From contig JAUCBJ010009041.1 of NCBI GenBank assembly GCA_032718475.1, positions 1 through 64,000 on the forward strand: a stretch of DNA of 64,000 nucleotides, given 5' to 3'. Under the pieces are notes generated by a model. That model was given only the letters and a program-made list of their open reading frames with translations, was not told the DNA's origin and searched no databases. Each line of letters begins with the position of its first letter. The stretch's first letter is position 1. The position numbers and the translations under genes were made by a program. Shown here in pieces: positions 44,401 through 59,400 of the stretch. The DNA is from Nemertoderma westbladi. Its lineage: Eukaryota > Animalia > Xenacoelomorpha.

Positions 44401-47400
44401 CCCAATATAGTTAGTTCGTCACCAAATATAGTTATTCCGTGCCCCAATATAGTTAGTTCGTCACCAAATATAGTTATTCCGTGCCCCAATATAGTTAGTT
44501 CGTCACCAAATATAGTTAGTTGGTCACCAAATATAGTTATTCCGTGCCCCAATATAGTTAGTTCGTCACCAAATATAGCTATTCCGTGCCCCAATATAGT
44601 TAGTTCGTCACCAAATATAGTTAGTTCGTCACCAAATATAGTTAGTTCGTCACCAAATATAGTTATTCCGTGCCCCAATATAGTTAGTTCGTCACCAAAT
44701 ATAGTTAGTTCGTCACCAAATATAGTTAGTTCGTCACCAAATATAGTTATTCCGTGCCCCAATATAGTTAGTTCGTCACCAAATATAGTTAGTTCGTCAC
44801 CAAATATAGTTATTCCGTGCCCCAATATAGTTAGTTCGTCACCAAATATAGTTATTCCGTGCCCCAATATAGTTAGTTCGTCACCACATATAGTTAGTTC
44901 GTCACCAAATATAGTTATTCCGTGCCCCAATATAGTTAGTTCGTCACCAAATATAGTTAGTTCGTCACCAAATATAGTTATTCCGTGCCACAATATAGTT
45001 AGTTCGTCACCAAATATAGCTATTCCGTGCCCCAATATAGTTAGTTCGTCACCACATATAGTTAGTTCGTCACCAAATATAGTTATTCCGTGCCCCAATA
45101 TAGTTAGTTCGTCACCAAATATAGTTAGTTCGTCACCAAATATAGTTATTCCGTGCCCCAATATAGTTAGTTCGTCACCAAATATAGCTATTCCGTGCCC
45201 CAATATAGTTAGTTCGTCACCACATATAGTTAGTTCGTCACCAAATATAGTTATTCCGTGCCCCAATATAGTTAGTTCGTCACCAAATATAGTTATTCCG
45301 TGTCCCAATATAGTTAGTTCGTCACCAAATATAGTTATTCCGTGCCCCAATATAGTTAGTTCGTCGCCAAATATAGTTATTCCGTGCCCCAATATAGTTA
45401 GTTCGTCACCAAATATAGCTATTCCGTGCCCCAATATAGTTAGTTCGTCACCACATATAGTTAGTTCGTCACCAAATATAGTTATTCCGTGCCCCAATAT
45501 AGTTAGTTCGTCACCAAATATAGTTAGTTCGTCACCAAATATAGTTATTCCGTGCCCCAATATAGTTAGTTCGTCACCAAATATAGTTATTCCGTGCCCC
45601 AATATAGTTAGTTCGTCACCAAATATAGTTATTCCGTGCCCCAATATAGTTAGTTCGTCACCAAATATAGTTAGTTGGTCACCAAATATAGTTAGTTCGT
45701 CACCAAATATAGTTAGTTCGTCACCAAATATAGTTATTCCGTGCCCCAATATAGTTAGTTCGTCACCAAATATAGTTAGTTCGTCACCAAATATAGTTAT
45801 TCCGTGCCCCAATATAGTTAGTTCGTCACCAAATATAGTTATTCCGTGCCCCAATATAGTTAGTTCGTCACCACATATAGTTAGTTCGTCACCAAATATA
45901 GTTATTCCGTGCCCCAATATAGTTAGTTCGTCACCAAATATAGTTAGTTCGTCACCAAATATAGTTATTCCGTGCCCCAATATAGTTAGTTCGTCACCAA
46001 ATATAGTTATTCCGTGCCCCAATATAGTTAGTTCGTCACCAAATATAGTTAGTTTGTCACCAAATATAGTTATTCCGTGCCCCAATATAGTTAGTTCGTC
46101 ACCACATATAGTTAGTTGGTCACCAAATATAGTTATTCCGTGCCCCAATATAGTTAGTTCGTCACCAAATATAGTTAGTTTGTCACCAAATATAGTTATT
46201 CCGTGCCCCAATATAGTTAGTTCGTCACCAAATATAGTTAGTTTGTCACCAAATATAGTTATTCCGTGCCCCAATATAGTTAGTTCGTCACCACATATAG
46301 TTAGTTGGTCACCAAATATAGTTATTCCGTGCCCCAATATAGTTAGTTCGTCACCAAATATAGTTATTCCGTGCCCCAATATAGTTAGTTCGTCACCAAA
46401 TATAGTTAGTTTGTCACCAAATATAGTTATTCCGTGCCCCAATATATATAGTTAGTTTGTCACCAAATATAGTTAGTTCGTCACCAAATATAGTTATTCC
46501 GGGCCCCAATATAGTTAGTTCGTCACCAAATATAGCTATTCCGTGCCCCAATATAGTTAGTTCGTCACCACATATAGTTAGTTCGTCACCAAATATAGTT
46601 ATTCCGTGCCCCAATATAGTTAGTTCGTCACCAAATATAGTTAGTTCGTCACCAAATATAGTTATTCCGTGCCCCAATATAGTTAGTTCGTCACCAAATA
46701 TAGTTATTCCGTGCCCCAATATAGTTAGTTCGTCACCAAATATAGTTATTCCGTGCCCCAATATAGTTAGTTCGTCACCAAATATAGTTATTCCGTGCCC
46801 CAATATAGTTAGTTCGTCACCACATATAGTTAGTTCGTCACCAAATATAGTTAGTTCGTCACCAAATATAGTTATTCCGTGCCCCAATATATATAGTTAG
46901 TTTGTCACCAAATATAGTTAGTTCGTCACCAAATATAGTTATTCCGTGCCCCAATATAGTTAGTTCGTCACCAAATATAGTTAGTTCGTCACCAAATATA
47001 GTTATTCCGTGCCCCAATATAGTTAGTTCGTCACCAAATATAGTTATTCCGTGCCCCAATATAGTTAGTTCGTCACCAAATATAGTTATTCCGTGCCCCA
47101 ATATAGTTAGTTCGTCACCAAATATAGTTATTCCGTGCCCCAATATAGTTAGTTCGTCACCAAATATAGTTATTCCGTGCCCCAATATAGTTAGTTCGTC
47201 ACCAAATATAGTTAGTTGGTCACCAAATATAGTTAGTTCGTCACCAAATATAGTTAGTTCGTCACCAAATATAGTTATTCCGTGCCCCAATATAGTTAGT
47301 TCGTCACCAAATATAGTTAGTTCGTCACCAAATATAGTTATTCCGTGCCCCAATATAGTTAGTTCGTCACCAAATATAGTTATTCCGTGCCCCAATATAG

Positions 47401-50400
47401 TTAGTTCGTCACCACATATAGTTAGTTCGTCACCAAATATAGTTATTCCGTGCCCCAATATAGTTAGTTCGTCACCAAATATAGTTAGTTCGTCACCAAA
47501 TATAGTTATTCCGTGCCACAATATAGTTAGTTCGTCACCAAATATAGCTATTCCGTGCCCCAATATAGTTAGTTCGTCACCACATATAGTTAGTTCGTCA
47601 CCAAATATAGTTATTCCGTGCCCCAATATAGTTAGTTCGTCACCAAATATAGTTAGTTCGTCACCAAATATAGTTATTCCGTGCCCCAATATAGTTAGTT
47701 CGTCACCAAATATAGCTATTCCGTGCCCCAATATAGTTAGTTCGTCACCACATATAGTTAGTTCGTCACCAAATATAGTTATTCCGTGCCCCAATATAGT
47801 TAGTTCGTCACCAAATATAGTTAGTTCGTCACCAAATATAGTTATTCCGTGCCCCAATATAGTTAGTTCGTCACCAAATATAGCTATTCCGTGCCCCAAT
47901 ATAGTTAGTTCGTCACCACATATAGTTAGTTCGTCACCAAATATAGTTATTCCGTGCCCCAATATAGTTAGTTCGTCACCAAATATAGTTAGTTCGTCAC
48001 CAAATATAGCTATTCCGTGCCCCAATATAGTTAGTTCGTCACCAAATATAGCTATTCCGTGCCCCAATATAGTTAGTTCGTCACCACATATAGTTAGTTC
48101 GTCACCAAATATAGTTATTCCGTGCCCCAATATAGTTAGTTCGTCACCAAATATAGTTAGTTCGTCACCAAATATAGTTATTCCGTGCCCCAATATAGTT
48201 AGTTCGTCACCAAATATAGTTATTCCGTGCCCCAATATAGTTAGTTCGTCACCAAATATAGTTATTCCGTGCCCCAATATAGTTAGTTCGTCACCAAATA
48301 TAGTTAGTTGGTCACCAAATATAGTTAGTTCGTCACCAAATATAGTTAGTTCGTCACCAAATATAGTTATTCCGTGCCCCAATATAGTTAGTTCGTCACC
48401 AAATATAGTTAGTTCGTCACCAAATATAGTTATTCCGTGCCCCAATATAGTTAGTTCGTCACCAAATATAGTTATTCCGTGCCCCAATATAGTTAGTTCG
48501 TCACCACATATAGTTAGTTCGTCACCAAATATAGTTATTCCGTGCCCCAATATAGTTAGTTTGTCACCAAATATAGTTAGTTCGTCACCAAATATAGTTA
48601 TTCCGTGCCCCAATATAGTTAGTTCGTCACCAAATATAGTTAGTTTGTCAGTCACCAAATATAGTTATTCCGTGCCCCAATATATATAGTTAGTTTGTCA
48701 CCAAATATAGTTAGTTCGTCACCAAATATAGTTATTCCGTGCCCCAATATAGTTAGTTCGTCACCAAATATAGCTATTCCGTGCCCCAATATAGTTAGTT
48801 CGTCACCACATATAGTTAGTTCGTCACCAAATATAGTTATTCCGTGCCCCAATATAGTTAGTTCGTCACCAAATATAGTTAGTTCGTCACCAAATATAGT
48901 TATTCCGTGCCCCAATATAGTTAGTTCGTCACCAAATATAGTTATTCCGTGCCCCAATATAGTTAGTTCGTCACCAAATATAGTTATTCCGTGCCCCAAT
49001 ATAGTTAGTTCGTCACCAAATATAGTTATTCCGTGCCCCAATATAGTTAGTTCGTCACCAAATATAGTTATTCCGTGCCCCAATATAGTTAGTTCGTCAC
49101 CAAATATAGTTAGTTCGTCACCAAATATAGTTAGTTCGTCACCAAATATAGTTATTCCGTGCCCCAATATAGTTAGTTCGTCACCAAATATAGTTAGTTC
49201 GTCACCAAATATAGTTATTCCGTGCCCCAATATAGTTATTCCGTGCCCCAATATAGTTAGTTCGTCACCAAATATAGTTATTCCGTGCCCCAATATAGTT
49301 AGTTCGTCACCAAATATAGTTAGTTCGTCACCAAATATAGTTAGTTCGTCACCAAATATAGTTATTCCGTGCCCCAATATAGTTAGTTCGTCACCAAATA
49401 TAGTTAGTTCGTCACCAAATATAGTTAGTTCGTCACCAAATATAGTTAGTTCGTCACCAAATATAGTTAGTTCGTCACCAAATATAGTTAGTTCGTCACC
49501 AAATATAGTTAGTTCGTCACCAAATATAGTTAGTTCGTCACCAAATATAGTTATTCCGTGCCCCAATATAGTTAGTTCGTCACCAAATATAGTTAGTTCG
49601 TCACCAAATATAGTTATTCCGTGCCCCAATATAGTTAGTTCGTCACCAAATATAGTTATTCCGTGCCCCAATATAGTTAGTTCGTCACCAAATATAGTTA
49701 TTCCGTGCCCCAATATAGTTAGTTCGTCACCAAATATAGTTATTCCGTGCCCCAATATAGTTAGTTCGTCACCAAATATAGTTAGTTCGTCACCAAATAT
49801 AGTTAGTTCGTCACCAAATATAGTTAGTTCGTCACCAAATATAGTTATTCCGTGCCCCAATATAGTTAGTTCGTCACCAAATATAGTTATTCCGTGCCCC
49901 AATATAGTTAGTTCGTCACCAAATATAGTTATTCCGTGCCCCAATATAGTTAGTTCGTCACCAAATATAGTTATTCCGTGCCCCAATATAGTTAGTTCGT
50001 CACCAAATATAGTTAGTTCGTCACCAAATATAGTTAGTTCGTCACCAAATATAGTTAGTTCGTCACCAAATATAGTTATTCCGTGCCCCAATATAGTTAG
50101 TTCGTCACCAAATATAGTTATTCCGTGCCCCAATATAGTTAGTTCGTCACCAAATATAGTTATTCCGTGCCCCAATATAGTTAGTTCGTCACCAAATATA
50201 GTTATTCCGTGCCCCAATATAGTTAGTTCGTCACCAAATATAGTTAGTTCGTCACCAAATATAGTTATTCCGTGCCCCAATATAGTTAGTTCGTCACCAA
50301 ATATAGTTATTCCGTGCCCCAATATAGTTAGTTCGTCACCAAATATAGTTATTCCGTGCCCCAATATAGTTAGTTCGTCACCAAATATAGTTATTCCGTG

Positions 50401-53400
50401 CCCCAATATAGTTAGTTCGTCACCAAATATAGTTAGTTCGTCACCAAATATAGTTATTCCGTGCCCCAATATAGTTAGTTCGTCACCAAATATAGTTATT
50501 CCGTGCCCCAATATAGTTAGTTCGTCACCAAATATAGTTATTCCGTGCCCCAATATAGTTAGTTCGTCACCAAATATAGTTATTCCGTGCCCCAATATAG
50601 TTAGTTCGTCACCAAATATAGTTAGTTCGTCACCAAATATAGTTAGTTCGTCACCAAATATAGTTAGTTCGTCACCAAATATAGTTATTCCGTGCCCCAA
50701 TATAGTTAGTTCGTCACCAAATATAGTTATTCCGTGCCCCAATATAGTTAGTTCGTCACCAAATATAGTTAGTTCGTCACCAAATATAGTTATTCCGTGC
50801 CCCAATATAGTTAGTTCGTCACCAAATATAGTTAGTTCGTCACCAAATATAGTTATTCCGTGCCCCAATATATATAGTTAGTTTGTCACCAAATATAGTT
50901 AGTTCGTCACCAAATATAGTTATTCCGTGCCCCAATATAGTTAGTTCGTCACCAAATATAGCTATTCCGTGCCCCAATATAGTTAGTTCGTCACCACATA
51001 TAGTTAGTTCGTCACCAAATATAGTTATTCCGTGCCCCAATATAGTTAGTTCGTCACCAAATATAGTTAGTTCGTCACCAAATATAGTTATTCCGTGCCC
51101 CAATATAGTTAGTTCGTCACCAAATATAGTTATTCCGTGCCCCAATATAGTTAGTTCGTCACCAAATATAGTTATTCCGTGCCCCAATATAGTTAGTTCG
51201 TCACCAAATATAGTTATTCCGTGCCCCAATATAGTTAGTTCGTCACCAAATATAGTTAGTTCGTCACCAAATATAGTTATTCCGTGCCCCAATATAGTTA
51301 GTTCGTCACCAAATATAGTTATTCCGTGCCCCAATATAGTTAGTTCGTCACCAATATAGTTAGTTCGTCACCAAATATAGTTATTCCGTGCCCCAATATA
51401 GTTAGTTCGTCACCAAATATAGTTATTCCGTGCCCCAATATAGTTATTCCGTGCCCCAATATAGTTAGTTCGTCACCAAATATAGTTATTCCGTGCCCCA
51501 ATATAGTTAGTTCGTCACCAAATATAGTTATTCCGTGCCCCAATATAGTTAGTTCGTCACCAAATATAGTTATTCCGTGCCCCAATATAGTTAGTTCGTC
51601 ACCAAATATAGTTATTCCGTGCCCCAATATAGTTAGTTCGTCACCAAATATAGTTAGTTCGTCACCAAATATAGTTAGTTCGTCACCAAATATAGTTATT
51701 CCGTGCCCCAATATAGTTAGTTCGTCACCAAATATAGTTATTCCGTGCCCCAATATAGTTAGTTCGTCACCAAATATAGTTAGTTCGTCACCAAATATAG
51801 TTAGTTCGTCACCAAATATAGTTATTCCGTGCCCCAATATAGTTAGTTCGTCACCAAATATAGTTAGTTCGTCACCAAATATAGTTAGTTCGTCACCAAA
51901 TATAGTTAGTTCGTCACCAAATATAGTTATTCCGTGCCCCAATATAGTTAGTTCGTCACCAAATATAGTTATTCCGTGCCCCAATATAGTTAGTTCGTCA
52001 CCAAATATAGTTATTCCGTGCCCCAATATAGTTAGTTCGTCACAAATATAGTTATTCCGTGCCCCATAATTAGTTCGTCACCAAATATAGTATTCCGTGC
52101 CCCAATATAGTATTCCGTGCCCCAATATAGTTAGTTCGTCACCAAATATAGTTAGTTCGTCACCAAATATAGTTATTCCGTGCCCCAATATAGTTAGTTC
52201 GTCACCAAATATAGTTATTCCGTGCCCCAATATAGATAGTTCGTCACCAAATATAGTTATTCCGTGCCCCAATATAGTTAGTTCGTCACCAAATATAGCT
52301 ATTCCGTGCCCCAATATAGTTAGTTCGTCACCACATATAGTTAGTTCGTCACCAAATATAGTTATTCCGTGCCCCAATATAGTTAGTTCGTCACCAAATA
52401 TAGTTAGTTCGTCACCAAATATAGTTATTCCGTGCCCCAATATAGTTAGTTCGTCACCAAATATAGCTATTCCGTGCCCCAATATAGTTAGTTCGTCACC
52501 ACATATAGTTAGTTCGTCACCAAATATAGTTATTCCGTGCCCCAATATAGTTAGTTCGTCACCAAATATAGTTAGTTCGTCACCAAATATAGCTATTCCG
52601 TGCCCCAATATAGTTAGTTCGTCACCAAATATAGCTATTCCGTGCCCCAATATAGTTAGTTCGTCACCACATATAGTTAGTTCGTCACCAAATATAGTTA
52701 TTCCGTGCCCCAATATAGTTAGTTCGTCACCAAATATAGTTAGTTCGTCACCAAATATAGTTATTCCGTGCCCCAATATAGTTAGTTCGTCACCAAATAT
52801 AGTTATTCCGTGCCCCAATATAGTTAGTTCGTCACCAAATATAGTTATTCCGTGCCCCAATATAGTTAGTTCGTCACCAAATATAGTTAGTTCGTCACCA
52901 AATATAGTTAGTTCGTCACCAAATATAGTTAGTTCGTCACCAAATATAGTTATTCCGTGCCCCAATATAGTTAGTTCGTCACCAAATATAGTTAGTTCGT
53001 CACCAAATATAGTTATTCCGTGCCCCAATATAGTTAGTTCGTCACCAAATATAGTTATTCCGTGCCCCAATATAGTTAGTTCGTCACCACATATAGTTAG
53101 TTCGTCACCAAATATAGTTATTCCGTGCCCCAATATAGTTAGTTCGTCACCAAATATAGTTAGTTCGTCACCAAATATAGTTATTCCGTGCCCCAATATA
53201 GTTAGTTCGTCACCAAATATAGTTAGTTCGTCACCAAATATAGTTAGTTCGTCACCAAATATAGTTATTCCGTGCCCCAATATAGTTAGTTCGTCACCAA
53301 ATATAGTTAGTTCGTCACCAAATATAGTTATTCCGTGCCCCAATATAGTTAGTTCGTCACCAAATATAGTTATTCCGTGCCCCAATATAGTTAGTTCGTC

Positions 53401-56400
53401 ACCAAATATAGTTATTCCGTGCCCCAATATAGTTAGTTCGTCACCAAATATAGTTAGTTCGTCACCAAATATAGTTATTCCGTGCCCCAATATAGTTAGT
53501 TCGTCACCAAATATAGTTATTCCGTGCCCCAATATAGTTAGTTCGTCACCAAATATAGTTAGTTCGTCACCAAATATAGTTATTCCGTGCCCCAATATAG
53601 TTAGTTCGTCACCAAATATAGTTATTCCGTGCCCCAATATAGTTAGTTCGTCACCAAATATAGTTATTCCGTGCCCCAATATATATAGTTAGTTTGTCAC
53701 CAAATATAGTTAGTTCGTCACCAAATATAGTTATTCCGTGCCCCAATATAGTTAGTTCGTCACCAAATATAGCTATTCCGTGCCCCAATATAGTTAGTTC
53801 GTCACCACATATAGTTAGTTCGTCACCAAATATAGTTATTCCGTGCCCCAATATAGTTAGTTCGTCACCAAATATAGTTAGTTCGTCACCAAATATAGTT
53901 ATTCCGTGCCCCAATATAGTTAGTTCGTCACCAAATATAGTTATTCCGTGCCCCAATATAGTTAGTTCGTCACCAAATATAGTTATTCCGTGCCCCAATA
54001 TAGTTAGTTCGTCACCAAATATAGTTATTCCGTGCCCCAATATAGTTAGTTCGTCACCAAATATAGTTATTCCGTGCCCCAATATAGTTAGTTCGTCACC
54101 AAATATAGTTAGTTCGTCACCAAATATAGTTAGTTCGTCACCAAATATAGTTATTCCGTGCCCCAATATATATAGTTAGTTTGTCACCAAATATAGTTAG
54201 TTCGTCACCAAATATAGTTATTCCGTGCCCCAATATAGTTAGTTCGTCACCAAATATAGTTATTCCGTGCCCCAATATATATAGTTAGTTTGTCACCAAA
54301 TATAGTTAGTTCGTCACCAAATATAGTTATTCCGTGCCCCAATATAGTTAGTTCGTCACCAAATATAGTTAGTTCGTCACCAAATATAGTTATTCCGTGC
54401 CCCAATATAGTTAGTTCGTCACCAAATATAGTTATTCCGTGCCCCAATATAGTTAGTTCGTCACCAAATATAGTTAGTTCGTCACCAAATATAGTTATTC
54501 CGTGCCCCAATATAGTTAGTTCGTCACCAAATATAGTTAGTTCGTCACCAAATATAGTTATTCCGTGCCCCAATATATATAGTTAGTTTGTCACCAAATA
54601 TAGTTAGTTCGTCACCAAATATAGTTATTCCGTGCCCCAATATAGTTAGTTCGTCACCACATATAGTTAGTTCGTCACCAAATATAGTTATTCCGTGCCC
54701 CAATATAGTTAGTTCGTCACCAAATATAGCTATTCCGTGCCCCAATATATATAGTTAGTTTGTCACCAAATATAGTTATTCCGTGCCCCAATATAGTTAG
54801 TTCGTCACCAAATATAGCTATTCCGTGCCCCAATATAGTTATTCCGTGCCCCAATATAGTTAGTTCGTCACCAAATATAGCTATTCCGTGCCCCAATATA
54901 TATAGTTAGTTTGTCACCAAATATAGTTATTCCGTGCCCCAATATAGTTAGTTCGTCACCAAATATAGTTAGTTCGTCACCAAATATAGTTATTCCGTGC
55001 CCCAATATAGTTAGTTCGTCACCAAATATAGTTAGTTCGTCACCAAATATAGTTAGTTCGTCACCAAATATAGTTATTCCGTGCCCCAATATATATAGTT
55101 AGTTTGTCACCAAATATAGTTATTCCGTGCCCCAATATAGTTAGTTTGTCACCAAATATAGTTAGTTTGTCACCAAATATAGTTAGTTCGTCACCAAATA
55201 TAGTTATTCCGTGCCCCAATATAGTTAGTTCGTCACCAAATATAGTTAGTTCGTCACCAAATATAGTTATTCCGTGCCCCAATATAGTTAGTTTGTCACC
55301 AAATATAGTTAGTTTGTCACCAAATATAGTTAGTTCGTCACCAAATATAGTTATTCCGTGCCCCAATATAGTTAGTTCGTCACCAAATATAGTTAGTTCG
55401 TCACCAAATATAGTTATTCCGTGCCCCAATATAGTTAGTTCGTCACCAAATATAGTTATTCCGTGCCCCAATATAGTTAGTTCGTCACCAAATATAGTTA
55501 GTTCGTCACCAAATATAGTTATTCCGTGCCCCAATATAGTTAGTTCGTCACCAAATATAGTTAGTTCGTCACCAAATATAGTTATTCCGTGCCCCAATAT
55601 AGTTAGTTCGTCACCAAATATAGTTATTCCGTGCCCCAATATAGTTAGTTCGTCACCAAATATAGCTATTCCGTGCCCCAATATAGTTAGTTCGTCACCA
55701 AATATAGTTATTCCGTGCCCCAATATAGTTAGTTCGTCACCAAATATAGTTATTCCGTGCCCCAATATATATAGTTAGTTTGTCACCAAATATAGTTAGT
55801 TCGTCACCAAATATAGTTATTCCGTGCCCCAATATAGTTAGTTCGTCACCAAATATAGCTATTCCGTGCCCCAATATAGTTAGTTCGTCACCACATATAG
55901 TTAGTTCGTCACCAAATATAGTTATTCCGTGCCCCAATATAGTTAGTTCGTCACCAAATATAGTTAGTTCGTCACCAAATATAGTTATTCCGTGCCCCAA
56001 TATAGTTAGTTCGTCACCAAATATAGTTATTCCGTGCCCCAATATAGTTAGTTCGTCACCAAATATAGTTATTCCGTGCCCCAATATAGTTAGTTCGTCA
56101 CCAAATATAGTTATTCCGTGCCCCAATATAGTTAGTTCGTCACCAAATATAGTTAGTTGGTCACCAAATATAGTTAGTTCGTCACCAAATATAGTTAGTT
56201 CGTCACCAAATATAGTTATTCCGTGCCCCAATATAGTTAGTTCGTCACCAAATATAGTTTTTCCGTGCCCCAATATAGTTAGTTCGTCACTAGTTAGTTC
56301 GTCACCAAATATAGTTATTCCGTGCCCCAATATAGTTAGTTCGTCACCAAATATAGTTATTCCGTGCCCCAATATAGTTAGTTCGTCACCAAATATAGTT

Positions 56401-59400
56401 AGTTCGTCACCAAATATAGTTAGTTCGTCACCAAATATAGTTATTCCGTGCCCCAATATAGTTAGTTCGTCACCAAATATAGTTAGTTCGTCACCAAATA
56501 TAGTTAGTTCGTCACCAAATATAGTTATTCCGTGCCCCAATATAGTTAGTTCGTCACCAAATATAGTTAGTTCGTCACCAAATATAGTTATTCCGTGCCC
56601 CAATATAGTTAGTTCGTCACCAAATATAGTTAGTTCGTCACCAAATATAGTTATTCCGTGCCCCAATATAGTTAGTTCGTCACCAAATATAGTTATTCCG
56701 TGCCCCAATATAGTTAGTTCGTCACCAAATATAGTTATTCCGTGCCCCAATATAGTTAGTTCGTCACCAAATATAGTTAGTTCGTCACCAAATATAGTTA
56801 TTCCGTGCCCCAATATAGTTAGTTCGTCACCAAATATAGTTATTCCGTGCCCCAATATAGTTAGTTCGTCACCAAATATAGTTATTCCGTGCCCCAATAT
56901 AGTTAGTTCATCACCAAATATAGTTATTCCGTGCCCCAATATAGTTAGTTCGTCACCAAATATAGTTAGTTCGTCACCAAATATAGTTAGTTCGTCACCA
57001 AATATAGTTAGTTCGTCACCAAATATAGTTAGTTCGTCACCAAATATAGTTAGTTCGTCACCAAATATAGTTAGTTCGTCACCAAATATAGTTATTCCGT
57101 GCCCCAATATAGTTAGTTCGTCACCAAATATAGTTAGTTCGTCACCAAATATAGTTATTCCGTGCCCCAATATAGTTAGTTCGTCACCAAATATAGTTAT
57201 TCCGTGCCCCAATATAGTTAGTTCGTCACCAAATATAGTTATTCCGTGCCCCAATATAGTTAGTTCGTCACCAAATATAGTTAGTTCGTCACCAAATATA
57301 GTTATTCCGTGCCCCAATATAGTTAGTTCGTCACCAAATATAGTTAGTTCGTCACCAAATATAGTTATTCCGTGCCCCAATATAGTTAGTTCGTCACTAA
57401 ATATAGTTAGTTCGTCACCAAATATAGTTAGTTCGTCACCAAATATAGTTATTCCGTGCCCCAATATAGTTAGTTCGTCACCAAATATAGTTAGTTCGTC
57501 ACCAAATATAGTTATTCCGTGCCCCAATATAGTTAGTTCGTCACCAAATATAGTTATTCCGTGCCCCAATATAGTTAGTTCGTCACCAAATATAGTTATT
57601 CCGTGCCCCAATATATATAGTTAGTTGGTCACCAAATATAGTTATTCCGTGCCCCAATATAGTTAGTTCGTCACCAAATATAGTTATTCCGTGCCCCAAT
57701 ATAGTTAGTTCGTCACCAAATATAGCTATTCCGAGCCCCAATATAGTTAGTTCGTCACCAAATATAGTTATTCAGTGCCCCAATATATATAGTTAGTTGG
57801 TCACCAAATATAGTTATTCCGTGCCCCAATATAGTTAGTTCGTCACCAAATATAGTTATTCCGTGCCCCAATATAGTTAGTTCGTCACCAAATATAGCTA
57901 TTCCGAGCCCCAATATAGTTAGTTCGTCACCAAATATAGCTATTCCGAGACCCAATATAGTTAGTTCGTCACCAAATATAGTTATTCCGTGCCCCAATAT
58001 AGTTAGTTCGTCACCAAATATAGTTATTCCGTGCCCCAATATAGTTAGTTCGTCACCAAATATAGTTATTCCGTGCCCCAATATATATAGTTAGTTGGTC
58101 ACCAAATATAGTTATTCCGTGCCCCAATATAGTTAGTTCGTCACCAAATATAGTTATTCCGTGCCCCAATATAGTTAGTTCGTCACCAAATATAGTTAGT
58201 TCGTCACCAAATATAGTTATTCCGCGCCCCAATATAGTTAGTTCGTCACCAAATATAGTTATTCCGTGCCCCAATATAGTTAGTTCGTCACCAAATATAG
58301 TTAGTTCGTCACCAAATATAGTTATTCCGTGCCCCAATATAGTTAGTTCGTCACCAAATATAGTTAGTTCGTCACCAAATATAGTTATTCCGTGCCCCAA
58401 TATAGTTAGTTCGTCACCAAATATAGTTAGTTCGTCACCAAATATAGTTATTCCGTGCCCCAATATAGTTAGTTCGTCACCAAATATAGTTATTCCGTGC
58501 CCCAATATAGTTAGTTCGTCACCAAATATAGTTAGTTCGTCACCAAATATAGTTAGTTCGTCACCAAATATAGTTAGTTCGTCACCAAATATAGTTATTC
58601 CGTGCCCCAATATAGTTAGTTCGTCACCAAATATAGCTATTCCGTGCCCCAATATAGTTAGTTCGTCACCAAATATAGTTAGTTCGTCACCAAATATAGT
58701 TATTCCGTGCCCCAATATAGTTAGTTCGTCACCAAATATAGTTAGTTCGTCACCAAATATAGTTATTCCGTGCCCCAATATAGTTAGTTCGTCACCAAAT
58801 ATAGCTATTCCGTGCCCCAATATAGTTAGTTCGTCACCACATATAGTTAGTTCGTCACCAAATATAGTTATTCCGTGCCCCAATATAGTTAGTTCGTCAC
58901 CAAATATAGTTAGTTCGTCACCAAATATAGTTATTCCGTGCCCCAATATAGTTAGTTCGTCACCAAATATAGCTATTCCGTGCCCCAATATAGTTAGTTC
59001 GTCACCACATATAGTTAGTTCGTCACCAAATATAGTTATTCCGTGCCCCAATATAGTTAGTTCGTCACCAAATATAGTTAGTTCGTCACCAAATATAGCT
59101 ATTCCGTGCCCCAATATAGTTAGTTCGTCACCAAATATAGCTATTCCGTGCCCCAATATAGTTAGTTCGTCACCAAATATAGTTAGTTCGTCACCAAATA
59201 TAGTTATTCCGTGCCCCAATATAATTAGTTCGTCACCAAATATAGCTATTCCGTGCCCCAATATAGTTAGTTCGTCACCACATATAGTTAGTTCGTCACC
59301 AAATATAGTTATTCCGTGCCCCAATATAGTTAGTTCGTCACCAAATATAGTTAGTTCGTCACCAAATATAGTTATTCCGTGCCCCAATATAGTTAGTTCG